In this document: positions 1 through 9,940 of the stretch, one piece after another
Layout: every line of letters starts with the position of its first letter
Position numbering within the stretch: the first letter of the stretch is position 1
From: a virus
Taxonomy: Duplodnaviria > Caudoviricetes
IMG/VR virus record: IMGVR_UViG_3300010340_001122
Strand: one strand, 5' to 3'
DNA length: 64,000 bases
Translations under genes and position numbers: made by a program
Notes under the pieces: generated by a model
Told to the model about the DNA's origin: nothing
Database searches by the model: none
The model's input: only the letters and a program-made list of their open reading frames with translations

Positions 1-131
1 TTTAATTTAATAAAAAAAATAAAATCGTTTTAATTTGTTTAAACCAACTATATTTTCGATTTTTTAATTTGTTTATAACAATTTGAACGAGTGAACATAG
101 TATCCAAAATACTAACAGAGTAATAAAAATT

Positions 132-371
132 TTATATATCATTTAATACTTTTTTTAATTGAAAATGTCTCCAAGTTTGTATATCTACAAATTGTCTTAA
201 TTCTGCCACAATATGCCAACATCCATCACCATAAACATCAACAATAGTTTTATCATTCATCTCAAATATGTTGCCAACATAATAAGTTTTTCCAATAACA
301 AGTCCATATGTTGATTCGCCATATAAATTATCAACCGTGCAAATAAGCTTATCTCCAATATTAATTTTCAT
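132..371 (-). CDS. hypothetical phage protein (C-terminal tag variant)
   Basis: 79 aa ORF in a co-oriented run; ends WRHFQLKKVL. Confidence 0.7.
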   Translation of the reverse strand: MKINIGDKLICTVDNLYGESTYGLVIGKTYYVGNIFEMNDKTIVDVYGDGCWHIVAELRQFVDIQTWRHFQLKKVLNDI

Positions 372-754
372 AATATTTTTTTTAACTTCTCATTACGAAT
401 ATATGAATCATCATATATTTCAACAGTTAATTTTATTGAACAAGATTTGGCAGGATTATCTAAATTATATGTTGGTACATTTGAAACTGTTATACTCCTT
501 TCAGTGACTATTAATTCAACACCTTTTCCGAATATTTCAAATTGTTCTTTAGCATTTTTCAATCGATTATAATATCTTTCTTTTAAATATTTATCAAATT
601 CATTATCCGAATCAAAAGGTAGTATATAGTTTTCCTCTTTAACATCACCTGTTCTAAAATGAAATATATCACCAACTGATAATGGTAATGCCTCTTCAAT
701 ATAAAATATATTTTTATTATCTAAAAAAAAATTTGTATTCATATAGATTTCCAA
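368..754 (-). CDS. hypothetical phage protein with C-terminal RxxK tag
   Basis: ORF ends IRNEKLKKIL; overlaps neighbour by 4 nt. Confidence 0.75.
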   Translation of the reverse strand: MEIYMNTNFFLDNKNIFYIEEALPLSVGDIFHFRTGDVKEENYILPFDSDNEFDKYLKERYYNRLKNAKEQFEIFGKGVELIVTERSITVSNVPTYNLDNPAKSCSIKLTVEIYDDSYIRNEKLKKIL

Positions 755-880
755 TTTTCAATATAACAAAGTGGTATAATACAAGTTTTATATTCATAAG
801 TTTCATTAGGAATAAATCCATCGCCGGATTTGCAACTCTCCGTCGTGACATGGAGGCGCAAGCAACGCTGCAGCAAAAAG

Positions 881-1510
881 TCACACTTCGGCTGTTGTTC
901 CGCTACCTGAAAAGCAATCAAGTACGGTTTGTCCTTCGTTACTTGAAGCTAAAACCAAATCAGTAATAATTGAAATTGGTTTTTGGTCTCTATGTCCTAC
1001 TCTTTCTTTTGATAGGTGTCCAAGTAATGCAGGTCTTTCAATTACATCTCTCGGCAAAGCACCTTTTGAAGTATCATAAGCACTACATTTATCCATTCTT
1101 CCGCTTGAAGGTCTTATTCTACCATTCAGTTTCTTTGTACTTTCATTGTATTCTACTCTTACGGCATCTTCATTAAAAATTGAATTACCTCTGTATCCGT
1201 AAATAATTGGTTGCATACTCATTCGCCATCTACCTTTTGGTTTTGGTGAGTTTTTATAGTGCCAAATAAGTAATTCCTTTTTATCAATTTTCATTTGTGA
1301 AAACCAATGTTCAGCAATCATATTCTTATTCCCAAAAACATATATTGAACCATCTTTGCTCAAACATCTAAGCATTTCTGCAAAATATGGTTTCATATCC
1401 TCAATTTCGTATGGCGGGTCGGTTACAATCAAATCCACGCTACCTGTTGGTATCAGTTTCATTAACTCTAAACAGTCACCAAATAATAATTTTCTTTTTC
1501 CTTCGCTCAT
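881..1510 (-). pseudogene. beta-class N4/N6 DNA methyltransferase, N-terminal part (truncated after motif I)
   Basis: TDPPY catalytic motif, H..QKP, LDCFSGSGTT; stops at AEV. Confidence 0.85.
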
Positions 1511-1570
1511 TTTAATAAAAGTTTTGTTTTGTGTTTCAATTTAAGTTTCTGCTGAATTTACCGTGCCAGC

Positions 1571-1657
1571 GTATAACAGCACCTACACGACAATTGAAAA
1601 ATCCAACGCTTGAGCCAACGCAATTTTTCAACTGCGTGTAGCTGCAAAACGTTATAA
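1571..1657 (+). repeat. attC-like palindrome
   Basis: GTATAAC...GTTATAA ends; imperfect inner arms (CTACACG/CGTGTAG, TTGAAAAAT/ATTTTTCAA). Confidence 0.75.
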
Positions 1658-1675
1658 GCAATAAAATAAAATTGC

Positions 1676-1882
1676 CTACCCGCCTGTAATATCACCATGA
1701 CCTAAGCCACTTGGGTTATTGTTACCATTCAACAACGCGTTGAATGGATATATCAAATCACTCTCAGGGTGTTTAATCATAAATCGTTCTACATACTTTC
1801 TTGCTTTTTCTGCATCACCTTTTAAGGCTGCTTCTGTAATCTTTACAATTTCAGTGTAACCAGTTGTTTTTGGAATTGCCAT
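1676..1882 (-). CDS. cassette-borne hypothetical protein
   Basis: 68 aa ORF filling the space between two attC-like sites; cassette ends form a 23-bp near-perfect inverted repeat. Confidence 0.7.
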   Translation of the reverse strand: MAIPKTTGYTEIVKITEAALKGDAEKARKYVERFMIKHPESDLIYPFNALLNGNNNPSGLGHGDITGG

Positions 1883-1906
1883 CGCTCAAAAATTTTATTT
1901 TACAGC

Positions 1907-2004
1907 TTATAACAGCACCTAACAAAAATGGCTGCTACAAGCATTTGTTTTTAATTCAGAAGTTCTTACAAGCAGCCACTTCTGTTAGCTGCATCACGTT
2001 ATCG
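1907..2004 (+). repeat. attC-like palindrome
   Basis: TTATAAC...GTTATCG ends; arms CTAACA..TGGCTGCT / AGCAGCCA..TGTTAG. Confidence 0.75.
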
Positions 2005-2097
2005 GCAACCTAAAAAGACAGCATCCAATCGTTTTACTATCATTTCATAATTACCATTATTTAATTCAGAACCGATAAATATACGCTTATTCCGTAA
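1999..2097 (-). pseudogene. C-terminal tail of the DNA methyltransferase (LRNKRIFIGSELN...GCR*)
   Basis: Manual translation; RxFIGSE is the segment that follows motif I in beta-class MTases; no start codon of its own. Confidence 0.75.
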
Positions 2098-2404
2098 TTA
2101 CTATATTTAAACGAATGTTTCTCCAATAACTTTTAGATTCTCTTATATTCAATGTTATATATTTCAAATTATAGTTAGCTGATTTTATAACATTCATAAT
2201 TTGTTTTTGTTTTTCTTCACTATGATGAAAGATTGTAACTTCAGGATTTACAATTACATTCATAAACATAGAATTTAGATGTGATAGGGTTTCTAAGACA
2301 TCTACTTCAGATAGATGTGATACTTCTTTTAAGATATCTACTTTTTCTAAATCTCGAACTTTATAAAAAATTTCATTACCTAAATCTATATTCTCAAATT
2401 TCAT
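2087..2404 (-). CDS. hypothetical phage protein
   Basis: 105 aa ORF ending WRNIRLNIV; last codons supplied by insert 1. Confidence 0.7.
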   Translation of the reverse strand: MKFENIDLGNEIFYKVRDLEKVDILKEVSHLSEVDVLETLSHLNSMFMNVIVNPEVTIFHHSEEKQKQIMNVIKSANYNLKYITLNIRESKSYWRNIRLNIVITE

Positions 2405-2868
2405 AATTTAACAAAATGTTCATCGAAGTTAAATTTATGCTTTGGAAAAATACTTCTACGTTTTGGTGTTCCAATTCCGTTATCCACCAATATATAAACA
2501 AGAGGTTTAATTTTTGAAATATATTCTTTGATAAGTGGATTTTCTGCGGTTATATTACCTTCATAAATTTTAGCAACATCATCAATCATAACATAATATG
2601 ATCCACCCATTTCAAACTGTTCAAATGGATTAACACATTTATAGACTTCAAATTTTCCTTCTTGAATAGCTTTCTCACAGAAAGCATTTTCATCAATAAC
2701 CATTTGCTCACGAATATCTTTCAATTCATTTTTATATTGAGATAAGGTCTCCATAATATTTGGATCACTAACATCAAGATTATCTAAGGCTTTTATTAGT
2801 ACTTCTGATTTACCATCAGTAGTTGCTGATTCAAAGTCGATTTCAAATTGTTCAATAGTATATTGCAT
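2401..2868 (-). CDS. hypothetical phage protein
   Basis: 155 aa ORF downstream of a TATATTTG promoter element. Confidence 0.75.
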   Translation of the reverse strand: MQYTIEQFEIDFESATTDGKSEVLIKALDNLDVSDPNIMETLSQYKNELKDIREQMVIDENAFCEKAIQEGKFEVYKCVNPFEQFEMGGSYYVMIDDVAKIYEGNITAENPLIKEYISKIKPLVYILVDNGIGTPKRRSIFPKHKFNFDEHFVKL

Positions 2869-2899
2869 ATTTATAATTTATTTACAAATATATGAAATA

Positions 2900-3235
2900 T
2901 TAATTTATATTCAAAATTTTTAAAGATATTTCTCTCAATCTTTGATTTTTAGTTCTTACTAAAATAACATCATCTTTATGAACACGTTTGTAGGGTTTTT
3001 TTTCATATTCACCACTTGAATAACACCATTCTTTAACTTGTTCAGCATTACAATAACTACACCGACATTTTCGGTTAGTTCTAGTATCTATATAATTTAT
3101 ATATTGACCACCATATTGATTGGTTAATGAATGTATTATAAATAATTTATATGGATCTTTACATCGTTTCCAATTAGGAACATTTCTACGCCCCTTTATT
3201 TTAAATTCATCACCAATCTGTAATACATATTCCAT
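2900..3235 (-). CDS. hypothetical protein, Cys-rich
   Basis: CxCxxC; ends LREISLKIL. Confidence 0.7.
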   Translation of the reverse strand: MEYVLQIGDEFKIKGRRNVPNWKRCKDPYKLFIIHSLTNQYGGQYINYIDTRTNRKCRCSYCNAEQVKEWCYSSGEYEKKPYKRVHKDDVILVRTKNQRLREISLKILNIN

Positions 3236-3236
3236 A

Positions 3237-3428
3237 TTATTTATTTATATAGTCGAAAATTATTTGAGAAACCTTATCTGGAATAAAATGCCCTATTTTT
3301 TTATTATCATGATTATATTGTATGTTATGTTTAACTCCATCTTTTTTAATCACTATTCTATCTTCTATAAATGTGACTTCATGGTCTGGAAAAGCCTCGA
3401 TTATAAGTTGTTTTAAATCTTCATTCAT
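3237..3428 (-). CDS. hypothetical protein
   Basis: 63 aa ORF tightly packed in operon. Confidence 0.6.
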   Translation of the reverse strand: MNEDLKQLIIEAFPDHEVTFIEDRIVIKKDGVKHNIQYNHDNKKIGHFIPDKVSQIIFDYINK

Positions 3429-3431
3429 AAG

Positions 3432-3647
3432 TTATATATTTTTTGTTAATTCATTTATTTTATTATCCCTATTACACGACTTACAATATTCATCAAAGTC
3501 AAAATCTTTTACTCCACAATTTTTACAAGTTTTAATTCCTAAAAATGTCTTCGCGAGAAACACATTACTAAAATAAGGTTCACCATTTTCAGTTTTTATT
3601 GAATTAAATAAATCTAATATTTCTAATATTTCTTTTTTATTTTTCAT
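3432..3647 (-). CDS. small zinc-ribbon protein with C-terminal tag
   Basis: CKNC...CKSC; RDNKINEL. Confidence 0.7.
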   Translation of the reverse strand: MKNKKEILEILDLFNSIKTENGEPYFSNVFLAKTFLGIKTCKNCGVKDFDFDEYCKSCNRDNKINELTKNI

Positions 3648-4018
3648 AATAAATCATCTAAATTTTTTCTTCGTCTATATCTTTTCTTCGAATTCTCAAT
3701 ATCTTGTTCTACATCTGGAAACATATAATTATCATAATAAAGAATTGTCGCATCTTCTAAATTCTCTTTAATACAATCATCACAAATAGCAATTATGATT
3801 TTATCCCCATCATGTTTTGATCCATATCCAGCGTCTATTATTTGTATAATACCATTGTCAATCATTTCATTATCAATAGTTATTAAGCTACCATCAGGTC
3901 TTTTATTCTTTTTCCAAAGAATATCTTCCTCACTCTCCTTTTCTCCACTGATAGATTTTTTGGTATAATTTGTGTCTTCGGGAATTACATTATTTTTTTT
4001 ACAACAAATACAATACAT
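3644..4018 (-). CDS. hypothetical zinc-binding protein
   Basis: CICC...GYGSKHDGD...CDDC. Confidence 0.7.
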   Translation of the reverse strand: MYCICCKKNNVIPEDTNYTKKSISGEKESEEDILWKKNKRPDGSLITIDNEMIDNGIIQIIDAGYGSKHDGDKIIIAICDDCIKENLEDATILYYDNYMFPDVEQDIENSKKRYRRRKNLDDLL

Positions 4019-4019
4019 T

Positions 4020-4439
4020 TTAGTTTATTCCTAATTTTTCTAATTTTTCATTTCTAATTTCTTTTATAAACGCCTCAGGATAAAATTGAATTATAAATCT
4101 ATGTCCCTGATAAGTCATATACTGACACTTACTATTATTAAAGAAAATCTCACCATAATTTGTACCTGAATACGTCAATCTTCCTTTTCCAAATTTATTT
4201 GTAAATACTCTAATTAATTCAATATCCCAAGAATCGCGATTACCTGATGGTTTTTTATCATCACCACGGATTCCATCCATAAAATTAAAATTAACTTTCC
4301 AAGCTTCACTACTATCCTGATAGGATTTACTTTTCATTGGAAAGAAATCAACTGATTCAATCTTTCTACTAATGCTATTAACATTGATAGATTCAATTTC
4401 TTCTTTCCAAGAATTTATTAATTGATCAAATTTTGACAT
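4020..4439 (-). CDS. hypothetical protein with C-terminal tag
   Basis: Ends IRNEKLEKLGI. Confidence 0.75.
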   Translation of the reverse strand: MSKFDQLINSWKEEIESINVNSISRKIESVDFFPMKSKSYQDSSEAWKVNFNFMDGIRGDDKKPSGNRDSWDIELIRVFTNKFGKGRLTYSGTNYGEIFFNNSKCQYMTYQGHRFIIQFYPEAFIKEIRNEKLEKLGIN

Positions 4440-4441
4440 TC

Positions 4442-5557
4442 TTATACTTTAGGATTATTTATAGAATCAATCCATTCCGTTGTAATTGATTTTAAAATTT
4501 CAATATAAAGTTTAATACAATTCTCAACATCTTTTTTATGAACCATTTCTACTGTTGTATGCATATATTTTAGAGGTGATGCTAGAATGGCTGTTGGTGT
4601 ATTCTCAAGGAAAAATGATACAGTATCATTGCCATAAGAACCAACCGTTAGTTGAACAGGTATATCATTTGATTTCGCAACCTCACGAATCATAGTATTA
4701 ATTCCTCTGTGGTTTTGTGATGTGAATTCTAGACACGGACCATTACCACCTTTTATATCACCATCTTTAGACTTATTCATCTTTGGATGGTTAGTATTAT
4801 GACAAACATCATGCACTATTGCAATATCAGCTTGTAGTCTTTTAGCTATAAGACGAGCACCATAAAGTCCAACTTCTTCTTGTACCGAGTTAACAACATA
4901 TAAATCATAAGGAAGTTTCACTTTTTCCTCTGAAATCTGACGAAGAACCTCAGCGATTATATATCCACCAATTTTATTATCTAATGATCGACCAACATAA
5001 TAATCACCAACTTCTTGAAATTGATCATCAAATGTTGCAATACAACCAACCTCAATTCCTAATTCTTTTACTCGATCAAAAGAATCAACACCAACATCTA
5101 ACCAAAGTTCATGTTGTTCGGGACCAGTTTCAGTTTGTTTACTTCTAACATGTATTGCTGGACTTCCAAAAAAACCTTTGACTTTTTGACCATCGTGTGT
5201 ATGTATAATAACACTTTTAGATGCGGCAATCATATTATCAGATCCTCCAAGTCTTTTAACACGAATATAACCATCTGATTCAATATTAGTTATAATCCAA
5301 GCAATTTCATCACAATGTGCTTCAATAACTACTTTCTTTCGATCTGGAACCAGTGGAAATAATTTGGTATTTCTATAAATACCCCAGGCTGTTCCATAAG
5401 CATCCTTATTAACATTGCTTGAAAATTGTTTAATATAATCGATCCATATCTTTTGACCTTCAGTTTCTTGACCAACAGGTGAAAACGCATTTAGATAGTT
5501 ATATAAAAATGTTTGTGATTCAACATTTACCTCTTTCTCTTTATTTTTTTTACTCAT
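4442..5557 (-). CDS. M42 family metallo-aminopeptidase
   Basis: AHCDEI, SLDNKIG, QEEVGLYGA, YMHTTVE motifs. Confidence 0.9.
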   Translation of the reverse strand: MSKKNKEKEVNVESQTFLYNYLNAFSPVGQETEGQKIWIDYIKQFSSNVNKDAYGTAWGIYRNTKLFPLVPDRKKVVIEAHCDEIAWIITNIESDGYIRVKRLGGSDNMIAASKSVIIHTHDGQKVKGFFGSPAIHVRSKQTETGPEQHELWLDVGVDSFDRVKELGIEVGCIATFDDQFQEVGDYYVGRSLDNKIGGYIIAEVLRQISEEKVKLPYDLYVVNSVQEEVGLYGARLIAKRLQADIAIVHDVCHNTNHPKMNKSKDGDIKGGNGPCLEFTSQNHRGINTMIREVAKSNDIPVQLTVGSYGNDTVSFFLENTPTAILASPLKYMHTTVEMVHKKDVENCIKLYIEILKSITTEWIDSINNPKV

Positions 5558-5581
5558 ATTTTTATTTATTTATATTATCTT

Positions 5582-5854
5582 TTATAATCCTAAATCATTA
5601 AGTTTTTTATCTCTCTCAAATTCTAAATATCTATATAACCAACCATCACATTTACCACCCTTTTCATTATCAATTAAACTTCTACCAATTTCACAATCCA
5701 TAATAGAATAATCATATCCTGTTTCCGAATGATATTCACAGGTATAACAAGTTTTATTTTTTTTGTTAAAGGTGCAAGAATTTTCATGTTGTCCTATTTT
5801 ATAAGAATCAACATCACAATGAGAACAATGATCACACTTCCAAACTTGTATCAT
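5582..5854 (-). CDS. Cys/His-rich small protein with C-terminal tag
   Basis: CDHC, CYTC; ends RDKKLNDLGL. Confidence 0.75.
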   Translation of the reverse strand: MIQVWKCDHCSHCDVDSYKIGQHENSCTFNKKNKTCYTCEYHSETGYDYSIMDCEIGRSLIDNEKGGKCDGWLYRYLEFERDKKLNDLGL

Positions 5855-5890
5855 AACTATAAATATAATGAAAAATTTTATATATAACCT

Positions 5891-6658
5891 ATGAAGTATT
5901 TAAAATTATTTGAATCTACTAATCATGATTATTTTAAAGAATTAGAAGAAAAAACTGGAATTAGTCATATTAAACCAGAAATAGATGATTTATTTTTAGA
6001 CCTTGTTGATAATATACCAAATGCTAAAATTACTGACGATTTAACAATTAATCTAACTTACGTGCAGTTGCTGCCGAATAAAAGAAAAAATATTAGAAAA
6101 TATAAAATATCCTATACTTATTATTATAATGCTTTAAAAAGTGCTCATAAGTTATTTGCTAATGAAATCACATATTTAAAAGACTTTTTAGATAAATGTG
6201 AATTATCAATAAAACTGGATATGGAATATTGGAAACAGATTAGTGTTTCCATTGATAATATTGAAGATTTACAAACATTTAAACAAGATTTACAAGATAT
6301 AAAGAATAGAAGTCAATCACTAGGATATAATTTTTGGATTAATACAAGTAAAAATATAGATGATGAAGTTACGATAGATGTTCTATTTAATAGAGAAAGT
6401 TTTGAGAATGATTTTGAAGAAGGTAGTATTAGCAAATTTAATCGACCTTTATCTGTTAATCTATTTATATTATTTGAATGTGATTTAGATGAATCTAGGT
6501 TAAAAAGTAGTATTGACTTTAAATCTCAAATTCCTTCAAATATAATTAGTGATTTTGATAAATTTGTTGATAGGTTTAGAATTCCTTCTAAAGATAAACA
6601 AGAATTGATTAATATAATTAAAAGAGGAAATTGGAACGAAGAAAGTAATATTGAATGA
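5891..6658 (+). CDS. hypothetical protein with N-terminal MKYLKLFE tag (putative virion-internal)
   Basis: 255 aa; TATATA motif just upstream. Confidence 0.75.
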   Translation: MKYLKLFESTNHDYFKELEEKTGISHIKPEIDDLFLDLVDNIPNAKITDDLTINLTYVQLLPNKRKNIRKYKISYTYYYNALKSAHKLFANEITYLKDFLDKCELSIKLDMEYWKQISVSIDNIEDLQTFKQDLQDIKNRSQSLGYNFWINTSKNIDDEVTIDVLFNRESFENDFEEGSISKFNRPLSVNLFILFECDLDESRLKSSIDFKSQIPSNIISDFDKFVDRFRIPSKDKQELINIIKRGNWNEESNIE

Positions 6659-6679
6659 AAATTTTCATATATTTGTTAT

Positions 6680-6943
6680 ATGATTAACATAATGTACCTA
6701 ATCCTTCTACTGCCAATATTTCTCGTAGTATATAGATCTATAAAAGATTATATTGCACATCGAAAAATAAAGGAACAATATGATAAATATAGTGATTTTC
6801 AGTCATTTATTATAAATTTATCAAGTGAAATAACTGACAATACTGCAAAGTCTGAATATCATGAGTATATTTATAAAATGATATTTGAGGATATGACTGA
6901 TATATCAAATATTGATATTGTTAGTAGAGAAAAAGTTATGTAG
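6680..6943 (+). CDS. hypothetical membrane-anchored protein (possibly truncated)
   Basis: N-terminal TM; tag-like KREERILQII follows the stop in another frame. Confidence 0.55.
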   Translation: MINIMYLILLLPIFLVVYRSIKDYIAHRKIKEQYDKYSDFQSFIINLSSEITDNTAKSEYHEYIYKMIFEDMTDISNIDIVSREKVM

Positions 6944-6985
6944 CCAAAAAGAGGGAAGAGAGAATTCTTCAAATAATTACTAAAT

Positions 6986-7019
6986 AAAAAAGAGAGAACT
7001 TACATTCTCTCTTTTTTTA
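6986..7019. terminator. bidirectional intrinsic terminator
   Basis: A-run GAGAGAA-loop-TTCTCTC T-run between convergent genes. Confidence 0.8.
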
Positions 7020-7217
7020 TTATCCTGTATAAACTCCAATAATAATATTGTTTTTAACTCTTAAATTAACTCTATTAGATTTAACATCTGCAGTAACCAT
7101 TAGAGATACACCGTTTTCTTCGACGATTCTGTGTGTGTAACCTATACTTTTAGCTCTATCGATTGCTTCTCCTAATGTTATACCAACCCATAACGATTCA
7201 GTTATCATTTGTGACAT
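7020..7217 (-). CDS. peptidase inhibitor I78-like small protein
   Basis: MVTADVKSNRVNLRV...G pattern. Confidence 0.55.
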   Translation of the reverse strand: MSQMITESLWVGITLGEAIDRAKSIGYTHRIVEENGVSLMVTADVKSNRVNLRVKNNIIIGVYTG

Positions 7218-7262
7218 ATAATTGTTTTTTTTAATTATATGTTTTTTTAAAATGATTGTTGT

Positions 7263-7961
7263 TTAATCCTCTCGTTTTAAAACTTCATCAATTCTTCTAT
7301 CTCTCATTATTTCTGGAAAATATTCTGCGGGATCATAACCCCAAACTTCACAAGACTTTATACCATCAAATGTTATAAAGTCTGAAATCAAACCATTTAC
7401 CAAATTAAATTCCCCACAATTACTACCAATATCTTCATCAGCAAATTCAACATGTATATTTATTTCTGGAAACATTTCTGATAATTTAATTAAAATTGGT
7501 TCGGCTATAGACCAAGCAGTTTGAAAACTTAGTGTATTGTTATTTTTCAAAGTATCTGATGCGTTCCATTTTGTTCCCCAATTATCAACAGACCAAGAGT
7601 ACCAATCTTTATGACCATATAGTTTTATATTATTTAATGCTTTTTCACCAGACTCTATATCAGCAGTTCCTTTTTCAATACAAAAAAGTATAAGTTCATC
7701 AATAGTTTTAATACCAGCATTGATTACCCAAGGACGCATAAGTCTTTCTTTTAAATCTTTATCATTTCCAGTTTCTTTATATTTTAAAATATCGATTCCT
7801 AGATCTGTTGAAGATCCTGAAGTTATTCTAAGTGTATCAGGCATTGGTATTATTTTTTCAAAATCTATGATACGTTCATCAGATTTAATATTTTCAAATA
7901 GTTCATCTATTTGTTCTTGCTTACCAATAAACAAGATGTTTTGTTTTACCCAGTTTGGCAT
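7263..7961 (-). CDS. DUF1281/YubB-like ferredoxin-fold protein
   Basis: MPNW start, DFEKIIPMP, NWGTKWNA, FQTAWS; C-terminal tag RDRRIDEVL. Confidence 0.75.
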   Translation of the reverse strand: MPNWVKQNILFIGKQEQIDELFENIKSDERIIDFEKIIPMPDTLRITSGSSTDLGIDILKYKETGNDKDLKERLMRPWVINAGIKTIDELILFCIEKGTADIESGEKALNNIKLYGHKDWYSWSVDNWGTKWNASDTLKNNNTLSFQTAWSIAEPILIKLSEMFPEINIHVEFADEDIGSNCGEFNLVNGLISDFITFDGIKSCEVWGYDPAEYFPEIMRDRRIDEVLKRED

Positions 7962-7963
7962 AT

Positions 7964-8500
7964 TTAATATGAGTTTAAAGAATAATCAGGATTAAATTTT
8001 TTAAGAATATAAATAATATCATGTATATCTTTATGATCGTTTCTTTCTCTATGTGGATAGATTTCTAATTTTTTATCAATGATTTCAAATAGATCATGAA
8101 AAAAGAACCCATCTACCTCAATATATTTTTCATTAGATCCTTGAAAGAAATCTATGTTATATCCTCTATCATGGTAATATCCGATAACATTTAACTTACT
8201 ATCCATGCCGGGATATCTATCTTTAGATAGTTTTTTTTTGGGATTAAAAGTATTTCGATCAACAATAAGATCAATATCTTTTGGCATCCGATCCAAAAGT
8301 CCATAAGCATATAACGCACAAGAACCCGTAATTATTTTACCTTTGTGTTCTTTAATAAATTTCCAATAATCCTGATTAAAAAATCGATTATTACCTTTTC
8401 TTAGTCTTTTAAGATTTGGTTGTATTAATTCATTTCCATCTAATATGGTGGAAATTTTAACATCTCGAATATCACTCTTTAGTTGGTTAATTATTTCCAT
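7964..8500 (-). CDS. nucleotidyltransferase-like protein
   Basis: ITGS..L..YG..R..KDIDL motif. Confidence 0.6.
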   Translation of the reverse strand: MEIINQLKSDIRDVKISTILDGNELIQPNLKRLRKGNNRFFNQDYWKFIKEHKGKIITGSCALYAYGLLDRMPKDIDLIVDRNTFNPKKKLSKDRYPGMDSKLNVIGYYHDRGYNIDFFQGSNEKYIEVDGFFFHDLFEIIDKKLEIYPHRERNDHKDIHDIIYILKKFNPDYSLNSY

Positions 8501-8903
8501 TCTTTAGTATTAATTTTACAGTCTTCCAAACTTTACTTCTAAATATTTTCTCATTATTTCTAGCCTCAACCTCATATGGGTTTTTATCATAACCTAATTT
8601 CTTATTCAATTTATTGTAATTTTTCTTCAATCCTAATTGTTTAGAATGCGTCCACTCATGAATGAACGTCTCAAGATATTTGTTAATATCTGAAACTTCA
8701 TTTCTAAATATTTTTATAGTATTATCATCCGCTGTAAATGATCCCATTATTTTAGATGGTCTATTAGTCGTTCTAATACTAACAGATCTATTTTCACCAA
8801 TATGTATGGAACAAGATTGTCTAAGAGCTCTATTTAGAGCTAGCAAATCTTTACGATTAATTGAAGTAACTGTGGTTTTTAGCGTCATTTTACAAATATA
8901 CAA
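8487..8903 (-). CDS. putative zincin metallopeptidase
   Basis: HEWTH..Q and NPYEVEAR. Confidence 0.7.
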   Translation of the reverse strand: MYICKMTLKTTVTSINRKDLLALNRALRQSCSIHIGENRSVSIRTTNRPSKIMGSFTADDNTIKIFRNEVSDINKYLETFIHEWTHSKQLGLKKNYNKLNKKLGYDKNPYEVEARNNEKIFRSKVWKTVKLILKNGNN

Positions 8904-9452
8904 TTAATTTAGTATATTTCCAATTTTTTTATCACGAATATATTTTACTTTTAATTCAGTAGTTGATAATTCCCATCCATTTTTAATATCTTTAATCATA
9001 TTTCTATTATTCATAAGATCGCTGAAACTTCTATTTGTTGAATTATCAGAAAATATAAATATATCCTTAACATACATTTCATAGATATTATCAAACTCTA
9101 TTTTTGATGGTTTATAATCAACACTATTAGATTGTGGGGTTTGCATATAGATAGCTGGAATCTTAAGCTTATCAATGTATTCTTTTACTGGTAATAATAA
9201 CCAAGGTGTTGATGTGACTAATATAATATCAATATTATATAAATTTGACTTAATAGCTTCTTTATAATCAGCACCTGTAAATTGCACCTTATTACATCTT
9301 AAAAATTGAAACATTCGAGTATCTTCAATTTTAGAATCTGTAATGTATAATATATTTTTCCCATCAAGCTCAAAGAAGTCTATTACTTCAGAAACTACTT
9401 GTTCATAAGAATTTCCTTTAATAATGAGTGTATTAGATCCAATATCTATCAT
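8904..9452 (-). CDS. hypothetical protein with C-terminal tag
   Basis: Ends IRDKKIGNIL. Confidence 0.75.
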   Translation of the reverse strand: MIDIGSNTLIIKGNSYEQVVSEVIDFFELDGKNILYITDSKIEDTRMFQFLRCNKVQFTGADYKEAIKSNLYNIDIILVTSTPWLLLPVKEYIDKLKIPAIYMQTPQSNSVDYKPSKIEFDNIYEMYVKDIFIFSDNSTNRSFSDLMNNRNMIKDIKNGWELSTTELKVKYIRDKKIGNILN

Positions 9453-9463
9453 TAAACCAAGTT

Positions 9464-9841
9464 TTAAGATTCGTTTTTTAAAATGTCTTGAAGATGTTTG
9501 TCACGTAATTCATTATTAAATAAAAAACATTCTCTAAGTTGTTTTAACGTAATAATGAATGACATTTCACCATCAATGGATTTTAAAAGAATATGAAGAT
9601 CTGATGTATAATTAAGGGAATTGACTTGAATCAACATTTTAATGTAATCTCCATTTTTGAAAAATCCAATGTCTTTCTTGCATAAGAAAAGATACTCTTT
9701 AAACTCATCAGAATTGCCAGGTTGTCCAACATGTCCAGAGTAACCAGTTGCACCAATACCAACACCAACACTTGAAGAATAACTTGCACCAAGTCCCAGA
9801 ATATTAGTAATTGAGTTTAATTTTTCACTAAAATTTGACAT
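9464..9841 (-). CDS. hypothetical protein with C-terminal tag
   Basis: Ends LRDKHLQDIL. Confidence 0.7.
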   Translation of the reverse strand: MSNFSEKLNSITNILGLGASYSSSVGVGIGATGYSGHVGQPGNSDEFKEYLFLCKKDIGFFKNGDYIKMLIQVNSLNYTSDLHILLKSIDGEMSFIITLKQLRECFLFNNELRDKHLQDILKNES

Positions 9842-9855
9842 ATTAAAATTATAAG

Positions 9856-9924
9856 AGGTCAGAGATATATTCTATATACCGTAACACCCTTTGCAAGGAT
9901 GCGCCTAAACTCAGCCACCTGACC
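9856..9924 (-). tRNA. tRNA-Cys(GCA), atypical T-loop
   Basis: GGTCAGG/TCTGACC acceptor, CATCC-TTGCAAA-GGGTG anticodon arm, U73; T-loop reads ATAGAAT. Confidence 0.65.
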
Positions 9925-9940
9925 TTATTAAAGGATTATA

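Larger units (their letters stand above)
882..2097. mobile_element. foreign insert 1: circularly permuted two-cassette unit with attC-like sites
   Basis: Higher GC, two attC-like palindromes, methylase split between the two ends of the insert. Confidence 0.75.
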
